NCBI RefSeq assembly: GCF_006345805.1
Contig: NC_043002.1
Span: 13,330,001-13,394,000 of the forward strand
Direction of reading: 5' to 3'
Length of the DNA: 64,000 bases
Origin: Octopus sinensis
Lineage: Eukaryota
Shown: piece after piece, positions 35,465 through 48,199 of the stretch
How the letters are laid out: every line of letters begins with the position of its first letter
Position numbering within the stretch: the first letter of the stretch is position 1
Notes under the pieces: generated by a model
Told to the model about the DNA's origin: nothing
What the model saw: the letters and a program-made list of their open reading frames with translations, nothing else
Database searches by the model: none
Position numbers and translations under genes: made by a program

Positions 35465-36100
35465 GTTTCAAATTTTGGCACGAGGCTAGCAAGTCCGAGT
35501 GAGAGTTAAAGGGGATAAAGTCTATTACATCGACCCAGGTGATGCTTATTTTATAGATATTAAAGAAGGATGAAAAGCGAAGTCGACCTCAGCATAATTT
35601 GAACTCAGAACCAAACAACGGATGAAATACTGCTCAGCGTGTAGCCCGGCGTGCTAAACGATTCTTATTTCTTTATTGCCTACAAGGGGCTAAACATAGA
35701 GGGGACAAACAAGGACAGAGAAAGGGATTAAGTCGATTACATCGACCCCCAGTGCGTAACTGGTACTTAATTTGTCGACCCCAAAAGGATGAAAGGCAAA
35801 GTCGACCTCGGCGGAATTTGAACTCAGAACGTAGCGGTAGACGAAATACCTATTGCTTTACTACCCACAAGGGACCAAATGCAGAGAGGACAAACAAGAA
35901 CAGACAAACGGGTTAAGTTGACTACATCGACCCCAGTGCGTAACTGGTACTTAATTTATCGCCCCCGAAAGGATGAATGGCAAAGTCGACCTCGGCGGAA
36001 TTTGAACTCAGGACGTAACGGCAGACGAAATACCTATTTCTTTACGAAATACCGCTAAGCATTTGACTCGGCGTTCTTAAAGATTCTGCCAGCTTGCCAC
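35465..36100 (-). mobile_element. SINE-A multimer containing both junction types and a 10-nt micro-insertion
   Basis: Junctions at 35657-35670, 35843-35862 and 36026-36053. Confidence 0.8.
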
Positions 36101-36899
36101 CATGATCCATTTATCCATACTATGCATATAATATATTTAATTATATATATCTTTTTATCGTTTAATTTTTTACGTGTTTGAGTTATTAGACTGCGTTCAA
36201 GCTGGGGCACCTCCTTCAAGAACTTTTAGTTGAGCAGTAATATTTTATGCACTCGTTGGTTATGGCCGGTCAGAAAGTTACCATTGGTTTAATGCCTATT
36301 ATTGCACTTAATAATGTAGGCGATCTATCAAAACTGCGGGCTGGAAGAATATAACTTCTTTACTAATGTAGGTAAAAATACATTTTTGGCCAGCTTGGTG
36401 GTGAAAAAGAATATCCGTGAGAGCGAATCTTTTTTTGTTGCCTCTGTTGGAACGGTTCCAGTTTTGTCCGAAAAGGATCAGTTTATGTCTGTTGTGCGTT
36501 CACTAGTCAAGAAGCGAGAAGCCCACGTTTTCATCATGTATTTTTCATCATGAGGGCACCGACAAAATATCTCATTTTCTAAATCAAACGATCGATTAGT
36601 TAATTGGTTAATCAGAGAGAGAGAGAGAGGGGGCAGGAAGAGAGAGGGAGAGCGAGAGGGGCGGGGGAGAAATCGTCGCCATAACTTGAGTGGCACTTAA
36701 TGTATCGACTTCGAAGGGCTAAATAGGAAAGTTGGCTTCTGCAACATATGAGTGCAAAGAGACGGTGCAAATCTCGCAAGCATTGTATTGTAGATAACGT
36801 GTAGCCTTAAAACAGACATAAATACTAATATTTTGTATTAATGATGCATATTGTTATATGTTATTAGGTATCAAAGTCATTTGTTATGAATATATCGTA

Positions 36900-37450
36900 A
36901 ATATGCGTCAAGGATATCTTTAATCGAGGCAATTAACTTTGACAATTACATCAATTTTTCAGTAACAGAATTAGGGAAAAAAAAGAAGTGTCTATAAATA
37001 TCTTAGAATGAACGAAGGCGAAGAACTACAACGTACAGAAATGAAAGAGTTAAGTCTAAAGGAATATGGCAGACATATCATACTATAGAGCAAGCTTTCT
37101 CAAAAGCAAATCCAGTTGTAAGGTACAGCTTCAACATAATAAATTGAAAGTTGCAACAGATCCAACATCTTGACATGCAAACTAGAAAAAAAAAAAAAAA
37201 ACTATTATGAAAATCTGACCTGATGCACATACTGTCTTTATAACCTTACACAGAATTAAGGAAGTAGTGTGGTTCAACAGCAAGCAGTTTATGAAGCTTG
37301 TTTACAGTTGGACGAACACTTCCCTTAAAATTAGCATTACACCCACTTACAAACATTCATGAAACATGACATCATTACAATGCTTCAATGGATAGAAACA
37401 CAAAGACTTTTCTGCATGAATTTTTTTGATAAATGCGCAATCGGTGGAGG
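36900..37450 (+). pseudogene. R4/Dong-like non-LTR retrotransposon RT C-terminal remnant
   Basis: From 36993: YKYL..EGE....EMKE...KEY.R...PVVRYSFNIIN*...LD.QTRK. Confidence 0.6.
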
Positions 37451-37599
37451 AACAGGTAGAGGTGTTGGACAAAATATATTGTAGTCTTTTAGCTACATCT
37501 TTCTCGGTTTTAAGTTTCAAATCTCACCCAGATAATTTTATCTTTCATTCTTCTGAAGTCGACGAAGGTATAAATTAGTTGATAAAATAATTCTTTCCA

Positions 37600-38055
37600 T
37601 TATTTGCATAAGACTAACAAGTTTGAGGGGATGGGGGTTAATCTATTAAAGTGACACCAGTGTTCTGCTGGTTCTTATTTTATCGATTCCGAAAAGATGA
37701 AAGGTACAGTCTACTTCGGCGGCATTTGAACCTAGAACCGGAAGAAACGCCACTAAGCATGTTGTACGACACTGTAACGATTCTTATTTCTTTATTGCCC
37801 ACAAGGGGCTAAACATAGAGGGGACAAACAAGGACAGACAAAGGGATTAAGTCGATTACATCGAACCCCAGTACGTAACTGGTACTTTATTTATCGACCC
37901 TGAAAGGATGAAAGGCAAAGTCGACCTCGGCGGAATTTGAACTCAGAACGTAGCGGCAGACCAAATACGGCTACGCATTTCGCCCGACGTGCTAACGTTT
38001 CTGCCAGCTCGCCGCCTTAACGATTCTGTAACGATTCTGTCAGCTCACCTCCTTA
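37600..38055 (-). mobile_element. full SINE-A (~37785-38017) nested in the head of an old SINE-A
   Basis: TAACGATTCT at 37775-37784 and 38018-38027 (and again at 38029-38038). Confidence 0.75.
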
Positions 38056-38169
38056 GTTGAAGAAATAATTATTAGGGTTGATGTAATCGACTAAATCCCT
38101 GAAGACGTTACCTAAACATGTCCAAAGAATTCACTGGGAAAGATAAAGGAACAAGAATGGATATTCTTT

Positions 38170-38357
38170 GTCCTCCCACCCCACCCCAACATCGCTTGAC
38201 AACCGATGCTGGTGTGTTTATGTCGACAAAAGAGGGTCTGATAGAATAAGTACTAAGCTTATAACGAATGAGTCCTGGGGTCGATTTGCTCGACGAAAGG
38301 TGGTGCTCCAGCATGGCCGCAGTCAAATGACTGAAACAAGTAAAAGAGTAAAAGAGA
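38170..38357 (+). mobile_element. SINE-B 3' half
   Basis: Ends GTAAAAGAGTAAAAGAG. Confidence 0.8.
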
Positions 38358-38721
38358 AGAGTAAGTGTATACCTGAAACAGCTGTAAGCCTATAATAGAT
38401 AGATAAATGTATATAATCCTTATCTATCTCTATTTCATTTATCCCTCCGTAAAAGCATACTATCTTTACTGGGTAACAGAACCATGGATTTACAAATTTA
38501 ACTGGTGATTGACTTAGATTTAGGATTACCTGGACTAAAATAGCGATCACAAGGATTTTTTCTTGGCCTGGTGCATTTTTACTGAAAAGAAGACAAAACA
38601 TAAGTATCTATTTACTTGGGAAAATTGTAAAGAAATGAATACCTTGGCACCTTTAAAATGGTAATTGCCTAGCCCGGGGAAATGGAAAATATAAATGAAG
38701 TGAATTCTCTGTCAATATATA

Positions 38722-38947
38722 TTTCTTTAGTGCCCACAAGGGGTTAAACATAGAGGGGACAAACAAGGACAGACAAATGGATTAAGTCGATTACATCGAC
38801 CCCAGTACGTAACTGGTACTTAATTTATCGACCCCGAAAGGATGAAAGGCAAAGTAGACCTCGGCGGAATTTGAACTCAGAACGTAACGGCAGACGAAAT
38901 ACGGCTATGCATTTCGCCCGGCATAACGTTTCTGCCAGCTCACCGCC
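38722..38947 (-). mobile_element. SINE-A monomer
   Basis: Family match. Confidence 0.85.
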
Positions 38948-39329
38948 TGCTCTGTCGATACAATATAGTTAACATATAGAGGCAGCAGCAAATCGCTGAC
39001 ATACACAAAAGATGAGGTAACCAAACTCGTTATATTATTATTAGTACTATAGTTAGCCAAACAGAAAATAACATCTCTGTTTAGTAGTTTGAAATACATT
39101 CTAAACAGAAAAAGGCTGGAAATAGAAATATGAAGAACATGAACAAAAGAATAGTTACAGTAATTATAGCGCTTCTGAGAGGAATGAAACTCAATCTAAA
39201 GTACAAACCGCAAGAAATGACTAGTTGGTTAAATTCGACAATTAGTACAGCCACGAAGTGCCATAAATAAACAAAAAAAAAAAAAATAATAATAAATAAA
39301 TACATTTTTTTAAATATTTCGTTTTTGTA

Positions 39330-40089
39330 TTTGGTTAGCAAGATTTTTGATGAGAACTCATGCATTGAAACGTATTTCGTTGTGCTTCGAGAGGGTCGTT
39401 ATGCCAATGAAAAACACGCACTAATTATATTTCACTTCTTTATTATTTACTTGCGAATTCATTGCAAGATGCTCTTGCTCATGGAAAATGAACGTTCACT
39501 TGCAGCACTGGAACGGATGGCTGTATTGAACGTGATGAACAAGTCCACCAACACTTGTACAATCAAGAAGGCAGCATCTGTCAGTAGATCCTCGGAGTTG
39601 GTCTCCAACCAGATCTTTACTAAATTCTGGGCCTTGTCCTTCAGTGACCTCTGGCTTCCGTTCTCTTTTTATTGCGTGACACTACTGAAGAAGTCATCCT
39701 CCACCTCTTCATTGTTGCTGCTCACTTCCTCAGACTGCTGCCTCATGGCCTACTCGACCTTATCCTCCACGCTTCTCCTCACCTCGGTGAACTTTGTGCT
39801 ATCATACCTATCCAACTAGATGAGGCGAAACCTGGAGTGGAAGGCAGCAGCCAGTTGGCATTTTTCATCGTCCAAGAGGACTGCAAACCTTTTGTCGATA
39901 CCTACCACAACTGCGTTGACCAAAGGACTGTAGCAGACGAGTTTGGGATTAACGGATTTGAGTTAACGGAAGCTAAATGTATCGGAAGTTAATTAGTCTG
40001 ATAATGATTTTTAAAGTTAACCTAAAAGTTGAATCGTTAACGAAAATGTTAACTTCGTTAACGGATTAACGGACTTACGCCCACCTTTG
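39330..40089 (-). mobile_element. internally deleted hAT transposon: 5' end fused to transposase C-terminus (coding remnant ~39462-39945)
   Basis: AAAFHSRFRL..; LFITFNTAIRSSAASERSFS (hAT dimerisation domain) with several stops; terminus CAAAGGTGGGCGTAAGTCCGTTAA. Confidence 0.8.
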
Positions 40090-40102
40090 TAAACTCCTTA
40101 CC

Positions 40103-40441
40103 CTTTACTCTTTTACTTGTTTCAGTTATTTGACTGTGGCCATACTGGAGCACCGCCTTTAGTCGAGCAAATCGATCCCAGGACTTATTCTTTGTAAACC
40201 TGGTACTTATTCTATCGATCACTTTTACTGAACCGCTAAGTTAGGGGGACGTAAATACACCAGCATCGGTTGTCAAGCGATGTTGGGGGGACAAACACAC
40301 ACACACACACACACATATATATACATATATACGACGGGCTTCTATAATAGAAGACACTTACTCAACGTGCTACGCAGCGGGACTGAACCCGGAACCATGT
40401 GGTTCGTAAGCAAGCTACATACCACACAGCCACTCTTACGC
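40103..40441 (-). mobile_element. SINE-B with central deletion
   Basis: ACGGGCTTCT joined directly to ATAATAGAAGACAC. Confidence 0.75.
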
Positions 40442-40448
40442 CTATATA

Positions 40449-40481
<33 letters not shown>

Positions 40482-41119
40482 ATACATACATACATACGTA
40501 CATACATACATACATACATACATACATACATACATACATACATACATACATACATACATGCATGCATCCCAGCTCTATCCGAACCTTCTTGAAGTGGTAA
40601 ATGAAGAAATTGAAGTTTTGGCCAGAAGATATTCTAGAGATGAAAAATGGCAACTCATATAATTTCGGTTCTCATTGAAAACTAAAGAAATTTTGCGTGA
40701 GGACTAAAAGAACCCCCCAAAAAAGGCTTCCAAGGTCAGAAATTTTATAACTACTTCATTTCTGTTTTTTTTTGTTGTTGTTTTAGATTGTGCACCCCTA
40801 ACAAATTTGCGTTCAAGTTAACCACCTCTAGCGCCACCCGAGCTACGTCGTTGCTAACAAACAACAAACCAGAAATTCGAACTTGAATGAAACTCACTAA
40901 TAAAACTAAGAAAAAGGAGACGAAACAGCAGAAATATATAAATTCCTGAGACCGTCATATACAAACTGCTGCTTACCAGACACAACACTTGTATTATGTG
41001 AAGCACTAGAAATAAAGGTTTTTAAAAACAGCGGAACGAAACACATGCACATATCTAGAACACACAGTTATGCAGTGAAAGCAACAATGTAATTGCAGCA
41101 AGACTATCAGGAAACTTTT

Positions 41120-41700
41120 CTAATCTCTACAACCAAATAATCCGGTTCTGTTTTTAAGAGATGAGGAATTATGTACGTTATTTACATTATTTACATTTGA
41201 CGGATATTTGTCCTCATCATGTTTGCTGTTAACACGACGTTTCTTTACTACCCACAAGGGGCTAAACACAGAGAGGACAAACAAGGACAGACAAACGGAT
41301 TAAGTGGATTATATCAACCCCAGTGCGTAACTGGTACTTTATTTATCGACCCCGAAAGGATGAAAGGCAAAGTCGACCTCGGCGGAATTTGAACTCAGAA
41401 CGTAACGGCAGACGAAATACCTATTTCTTTACTACCCACAGGGGGCTAAACACAGAGAGGACAAACAAGGAGAGACAAACGGATCAAGTCGATTATATCA
41501 ACCCCAGTACGTAACTGGTACTTTATTTATCGATCCCGAAAGGATGAAAAGCAAAGTCGACCTCGGCGGAATTTGAACTCAGAACGTAACGGCAGACGAA
41601 ATACCGCTAAGCATTTCGTCCGGCGTGCTAACGTTTCTGCCAGCTCGCCGCCTTATATACCATCCAGCTTTCATCATTGATGAAGGCTGGAGGGTTACAT
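41120..41700 (-). mobile_element. PLE terminal remnant split by a SINE-A dimer (41236-41654)
   Basis: Minus strand TGATGAAAGCTGGATGGTATAT [SINE dimer] GAAACGTCGTGTT; short inverted copy at 41678-41697. Confidence 0.55.
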
Positions 41701-41871
41701 TTAAATAATATAAATAATGCAAATAATCCGGCTCTGGTCGTTACAATATTTGAACACCAGTTTTAAGTTGCTACACTAAGGCTGTGCACAGTCCCAGAGT
41801 CACGACTCAAGAACTTTTGGATGGCATTCTCTAAAGTAATCTTCTTTATATCTTATTATTTGTTGTTGAAA

Positions 41872-42176
41872 GATTTTTTCATGCCAGTGCCGCCTGATTG
41901 GCTCCCGTGCCGGTGGCACGTAAAAATCACCAACCGAACGTGGCCGTTGTCAGTACCCCCTGACTAACTCCCATGCCGGTGGCACGTAAAAACCCCTATC
42001 CGAACGTGATCGATGATTTTTTCTTGCCAGTGCCGCCTGACCGGCTCCTGTGCCGGTGGCACGTAAAAAGCACCCACTACACTCCCGGAGTGGTTGGCGT
42101 AAGGAACGGCATCAAGCTGTAGAAACATTGCCAGATCAGATTGGAGCCTGGTACAGCCGCTGGCTCTCCAGACCTC
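41872..42176 (+). mobile_element. dispersed repeat with 3x GCCGGTGGCACGTAAAAA (RTE-associated 5' region or SINE)
   Basis: Three direct repeats; GGTTGGCG.AGGAA.GGCATC.AGCTGTAG; related antisense copy near 63390-63560. Confidence 0.5.
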
Positions 42177-42184
42177 GTATTAAG

Positions 42185-42590
42185 GTCTACAGACAAACGT
42201 ATTAAGTCGATTACATCTACCCCAGTGCGTAACTGGTACTTAATTTATCGACCCCGAAAGGATGAAAGGCAAAGTCGACCTCGACGGAATTTGAACTCAG
42301 AACGAAGCGGCAGACGAATACCTATTTCTTTACTACCCACAAGGAGCTAAACACAGAGGAGACAAACAAGGACAGACAAACGGATTAAGTCGATTATATC
42401 GACACCAGTGCGTAACTGGTACTTATTTAATCAACTCAGAAAGGATGAAAGGCAAAGTCGACCTCGGCGGAATTTGAACTCAGACGAAATACCGCTAAGA
42501 ATTTCGCCCGGCGTGCCAACGTTTCTGCCAGCTTGTCTGTCCTTGTTTGTCCCCTCTATGTCTAGCCCCCTGTGGGCCATAAAGAAATAA
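42185..42590 (-). mobile_element. SINE-A dimer plus an inverted tail fragment
   Basis: Junction at 42316-42333; plus-strand tail at 42535-42590. Confidence 0.8.
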
Positions 42591-43246
42591 CATAATTACC
42601 ATATTAATACCGGCACCAGTTCTCATAACTTTTATTATTATCAAACTGGAACATTTCTGTTTAGATATCTATATCAATTGAATAAATATAATAGTATTCA
42701 TGAAATATAAAACGGAATAAGTACAAATGTTCACTACGTGGTATGTTAGATATTTTTACAAAGGCAGTTTCATATCTATTGTGAAAAAAATTAAGTAAAA
42801 CTAGTGAGAACGTCGCCCCCACAACGCTGACATAGCTTCAAGAAGTACCTTAAGTCATTCTGCAAGGAAACAGAAGTGGGTGAGAGATAATTTCACAAAG
42901 CAGAGTGACAAAGCTCTGGGTTTTGTGAGGGTTTCCGGATGGCTTTGCCTGGAGTCCTATTCGTCAGCTTTATATAACGCCAAGCGGAGCTTCTAGAATG
43001 TTTGACCAGGTTATTTGGCGGGAAGAGTCCAGTTCACTTGGTTATAAACCTGCCGATTTGATTGATCGTGTCACGCTCACGTTGGCGTTTAAACCTTATA
43101 TAGAAATATACTTATGCCGAGGTTCTAAGCTAAAATTCTGAGTGAGGTGGATTCGAATCTCGGTAGAATCCTCGTTACAGCAGCACCAATAAAGGATTCT
43201 AGGATTCTTTACGAGGTCACTTCGTCTTCAAGAAACAGCAACCAAA

Positions 43247-43650
43247 AGGCGGCGAGCTGGCAGAATCGTTAGCACTCCGGGCGAAATGCGTAGCCATATT
43301 TCGTCTGTCTTTACGTTCTAAGTTCAAATTCCGCCGATGTCGACTTTGCCTTTCATCCTTTCGGAGTCGATTAAATAAGTACCAGTTACGCACTGGGGTC
43401 GATATAATCGACTTAATCCGTTTGTCTGTCCTCTCTGTGTTTAGCCCCTTGTGGGTAGTAAAGAAATAGGTATTTTGTCTGCCGCTACGTTCTGAGTTGA
43501 AATTCAACCGAGGTCGACTTTGCCTTTCATCCTTTCGGGGTCGATTAAGTAAGTACCAGTTACGCACTGGGGTCAATATAATCGACTTAATACGTTTGTC
43601 TGTCTTTGTTTGTTTCCTTGTGTGTAGCCCCTAGTGGGCAGTAAATAAAT
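43247..43650 (+). mobile_element. SINE-A dimer with 17-bp TSD
   Basis: AAGAAACAGCAACCAAA at 43230-43246 and 43651-43667. Confidence 0.9.
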
Positions 43651-44241
43651 AAGAAACAGCAACCAAATCTCTCTCAAATTTACAACTTGCGTCTTAAAAA
43701 AATACTACGGAAGAAACATGGGTTGATGTAATGATTACAAAAAGACAGGATGGTCATAACTGGATCGCTTTTAATCATGGTTCATCTATCAGGGATGAAT
43801 CAGCGGTTAACACCACCATCAACAACATCAACAACGCATGTAGTTGCCCCAATTAGACGACAATTAGATTTAGAACATAGCATAGTGTCTTCATCATTCA
43901 CTAAGCTGGGCCACAGAAGTCACACAAAACAGGCTCGAGCCTGGCTACTTAGCAATTACCTGACTTATACCGCAAATCCTAGAGTATAGTCCGCCCTTGA
44001 GTATAATACGCAGGGGATTTTTAGAGGAGTGTACCTCTGAAAAACCTAAACCTTGTGTATAATACACACTCCTTCTCTAACTCGAGTCGTGCGTAATTAA
44101 GCCAGCAGCACCTGGTCGAACAAACACTTGTGCGCATGCGTAATACAATGATGGTGATGTTCTTAACTGTTATATGGGAATGTAAGTATGTTTGCAAATT
44201 GTTTTTGTTACATGTTATTCTGTGTTCTGAATTCTTTTATT

Positions 44242-44777
44242 GGATGTTTTCGGCTTGAACGGCAGTTTTTTCTAGCGGTGTCATATGAAATTGTCACCCA
44301 TAATTATGACCCTAGTATCGATCGATTGCATTTCAATCTGTTTAAGGGTTAGGGTTAGGGGTGGGGGGAAGGGTATCTTTTTCTTCAGAAATGTAAATAA
44401 ACCCAATCTGTTTCTTAAACGAGGGACATATTCATTCGTATACTGGTAGAATGTGTTTATAAAACATGTTTCTCTTGGCTTTATTGAGAAAATTCTATAG
44501 TTTGTAAGATATTTGTTGTTTTTTTCTTCAATGTCTGCAATTTCAACCAATCAATGACGTCTATTGAGCTGAAAACATTCTGTGCCGTATGAATATGTCC
44601 CTCGTTTGAGAATCAGATTGGGTTTATTTACATTTGTGAAAAAAAAAGATATTCTTCCCCCCACCCCTAACCCTAAAATAGATTGAAATGCAATAGATCG
44701 ATACTAGGGTCATAATTATGGGTGACAATTTCATATGATACCGCAAGAAAAAACTGCCGTTCAAACCGAAAAGATCC
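44242..44777. mobile_element. MITE with ~195-bp inverted ends (rearranged relative of 62888-63300)
   Basis: GGATGTTTTCGGCTTGAACGGCAG..CTGCCGTTCAAACCGAAAAGATCC; subterminal GGTTAGGGTTAGGG. Confidence 0.8.
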
Positions 44778-45019
44778 AAGATTGGTCGGCCAGATGGCTA
44801 TTGTAGAAAGCATTTGATCAAAGTGCTGCACAGCAGGACCGATCCCGAAACCAGATAACTGCAAAGCGAGTTTCTTAACCGCGCAGTCATGCCTGCACCT
44901 ATAGTTATTCAAAAATATGTGGGAGAGTCATAGCTGGAACGCTTTCGCTCGACTCGATCAGAGCAAGTTTGTGGCCCACTTTCAATGAACCCCTTCTGAA
45001 TCTCTTATTTTCTCCACAT

Positions 45020-45178
45020 CGCCTCTAATCAATCATTCTCATTTAATTGTATATATTTTAATTGTTTGTTTATTCATACGTTTCGTCTCATTCGATACCC
45101 TGACCCCAACGTTTGTTTTTGTCTGTCCCCGTATTGTCCCCTCTTTTTCTCAACCTTATGGTGAATAAAGGAATTCTT
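45020..45178 (+). mobile_element. second copy of the L1/Tx1-like 3' UTR
   Basis: ~150 bp nearly identical to 4385-4536. Confidence 0.65.
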
Positions 45179-47779
45179 TTTCTTTCCTTTACGGTGAGAC
45201 CCACATATTCCGAGGTTAACGCAGTGTACGATACACGTGACGTACGGAATATCGTGTTTTTATCATATCAGAGAATAAATCACCACTTATGTAAATGTTA
45301 TTAATTGTCGTCTGAGAAATAAATAAAAGAGAGCATGTAAATATGAAAGCATGTGTGCGTTTGTACACCTAACGGATGGGGCCTTTAGCATCGCTTTCAT
45401 ATTATCATTTTTTCATGTAACAATTCATCCTTCATAAATTTAATGTTCTATGTCCCCATGTCTTGTGGTGTCCCCTCTTCGTCGCCCCTAGTGGGTAATA
45501 AATAAATAGTGTGTGTTTGTACACACACACACACACACACATACACTATATAAATGCGCGCGTTTATATTTATGTAGAACAGGATCTGAAAGAAAGATAG
45601 AAAAAGTGCGGGAGAGACGAATATATACGAAACGGGAGATAATTTGTTTGCAAACGCACGTGATTGATATTGAAGCCAGGGAGGTTAAAAGCTGTTTAAC
45701 AATAGATAGCTAAATAAATAAATATAGAGCTATGGAGATAGATAAGATAGATAAGGGAAGACGAAAATTACGATTTGCAAAATAATAGTTAAGTGGTAAT
45801 CTTTGCAAGTCTAATTAATGGTCAGGGTTTGAGTCCTGGTAGAAACCTGATTTTCTTTGAAATGCGACATAGTAATTAATAACAGCAGTAAAGATTATAT
45901 GCATACAAACCGCGCATTTCTACAAGTCCAAGTGCAGTATTATTCTACTATATTTGAATTTACTCAATACTTTTTATTAACACCCGAGACAGAGAGACTA
46001 AGACTTCACTCAAGATGTTAGGGAAAAAATAACAAAACCCCTAAACAAATCTCTTTTCATAAAGGGAGGTAGTCCAGTGCAGATGATGCTCTCCCAGAAG
46101 GGTATAAACTACATACCCCGTCTTGTGTTACGGCTAGCAAAATCTTCGCCAATTTGAACTTACGATGTACCCGCCGGTAATAGTGTACCGCCTATAATTA
46201 ACCGTTTCGAGTCTCTCACCCTATGTATGGCTTAACCAGCTAGAAATAACAGTCAAATGTCCATGAATCACTACTTATCTTCTTAAGAACGTAAAGTCAT
46301 TGTATATAGTAGTCCTAGGCATAACGAATGAATGAATAATTAAAATTTATGTCGTCTAGCTGCGAAATAAAGCTCGCGAGGGTCTTTATGGGTAGCTTGC
46401 AACGAGGTTCGAAAGGACCTCTATCTGGGTCTTCATAATTCATCAAGTCCCATTTGTTTTTTTCCCACCACGTGAAATAACAAGAAAACCATGCAAATCT
46501 TCAGCCTGATGTCCTTGGCTGGCAGAGGTTGAGAACCCTCGTTTAAAACGGTGTCGAAAAACCAAGCTAACACCTCCCGACTTTATTCGTCGCTCCAGTT
46601 TAGCCCCACCATGCGACACTTTGAGTGCCTTTAGCGGAGTTCATTCAGTTTCAAGCATTCGTGTCGAGTCTTGTCCCGTTCGAAGAAAGGTCCCCCTCTC
46701 TCTTACCAAGTACAGTTGTCCTGAAAATAGGGGTCACTAGCTCTGCTTTTCCTGCCTGACTTAACAAATAAAAACAAACAATGAAAACACGCATGCGGTC
46801 GGATAAATCAGTAGACAAAAATAGAACCGTATCTACGTAACCGTGCGATCTGTTAGAAACAACAGCCAAATTCCACTAAAATCACACCTAACCAATCTTA
46901 TGAAAAAATGGAGGGACACATTAGATAATGTAGTTCTTGAAATTATTGTCTGATAATAAGATGGGATGGTCACGACTGAAACGCTAAACAACAACAAAAG
47001 CATGTAAACATAGTCATATGTTTGTATAAGAGGGCGGATGTTAACTTTACAGGTGCGTTGTGAAAAATAGATGATGGAGAGCGGGGTGGGATACTGAGAT
47101 AAGCCGTTATCAGTGGAAAGATAAAAGCGATGAAAAAAATAAACGTGATGAAATTTTGGAACAAGAGACCGTGGGTGGGTCACATAGTCATTTTTAAAAA
47201 CTTCTTTTTATTTATAAGTTTCTGTTGTTTTGGAGTGCATAATTAAAGAATGTTAGCCTAGCCTCTTAATTTATTAATCAAATATAGATTTAAACACATT
47301 CATTGTATAGAGTAATTGAGATAATCGTTGTACGTGTTAATTCACAAATATGAATTAAATATTGTCACACTGTACGTAATTACCTAATAAGTACAACTAT
47401 TAGAAAAAAAAAAATTACTTGGCAATCTTTGAGTTTGGCGCATTGCTTTCAGTTTTGCGAGTTAAAATCGGGATCAGAAGAGTTCTAATAATTTGCTTAT
47501 CATTAACGGTTTCAACTTTTGGCACAAGGCCGACAATTTTAGGGGCAGGCGTAAAGTCAATTACATCGACCCCAGTGCCCAGCTGTTATTTATTTTATCA
47601 ATCTCAAAGAAATGAAAAGCCGGAATATCTGCTGTGAAGCATTTTGTCCGACACACTTGAAATCACGGTGTACAACTTGGGGATAGAATCCCCATGAATA
47701 AAAAGTTTATAAAGACAACATCGTGTTATTTAAAAGATTATCGACAAAACATTTAATGAAAACAACACATTATTCTTAC

Positions 47780-47915
47780 TTTTTAGGTAGACTTTGCCTT
47801 TCATCCTTTCGGGGTCGATAAATAAAGTACCGGTTACGCACAGGGGTCGATGTAATCGACTTAATCCCCTTGTCTGTCTCCTCTATGTTTAGCCCCTTGT
47901 GAGCAATAAAGAAAT
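47780..47915 (+). mobile_element. SINE-A, 5'-truncated
   Basis: Family match; a similar copy lies at 49815-49940. Confidence 0.8.
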
Positions 47916-48199
47916 ATATAATTATTCTAAACTTACTAATATAATCATTACATCTTTTTTTATGAATATTAAATATTTTAATTATTATAAACTTATTCGT
48001 TCTTAATTTTTTTTTTAATCCCGGGAAATCTGTGCTAGTATATTTCTTAAAAAATAAAGGTAGTCGGGGTGAGTGCCCTACATTTACAGCATACAATAGA
48101 ACAGGTAGGGGTGAGAGGATTACAATAAGTGCAAGCAAAGGAAAATAATAGACACAAGTATATTTGTCGCCCTTAGTTGGACCTGATGCAACAGAAAGA

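Noticed and set aside
36170-36722. piggyBac remnant (TTAG-CCCTTC end, NFFT-like peptide)
   Set aside because: Only one imperfect end and a weak peptide in the opposite orientation; not supportable.
39325-39992. Plus-strand ORFs of 164 and 106 aa
   Set aside because: Antisense shadows of the hAT transposase remnant.
41872-42176. HDV-like ribozyme of an RTE 5' end
   Set aside because: I could not build the nested double pseudoknot from the sequence present; the element is cut by a SINE.
44345-44365. Interstitial telomere
   Set aside because: Only about two TTAGGG units, inside a MITE subterminal region.
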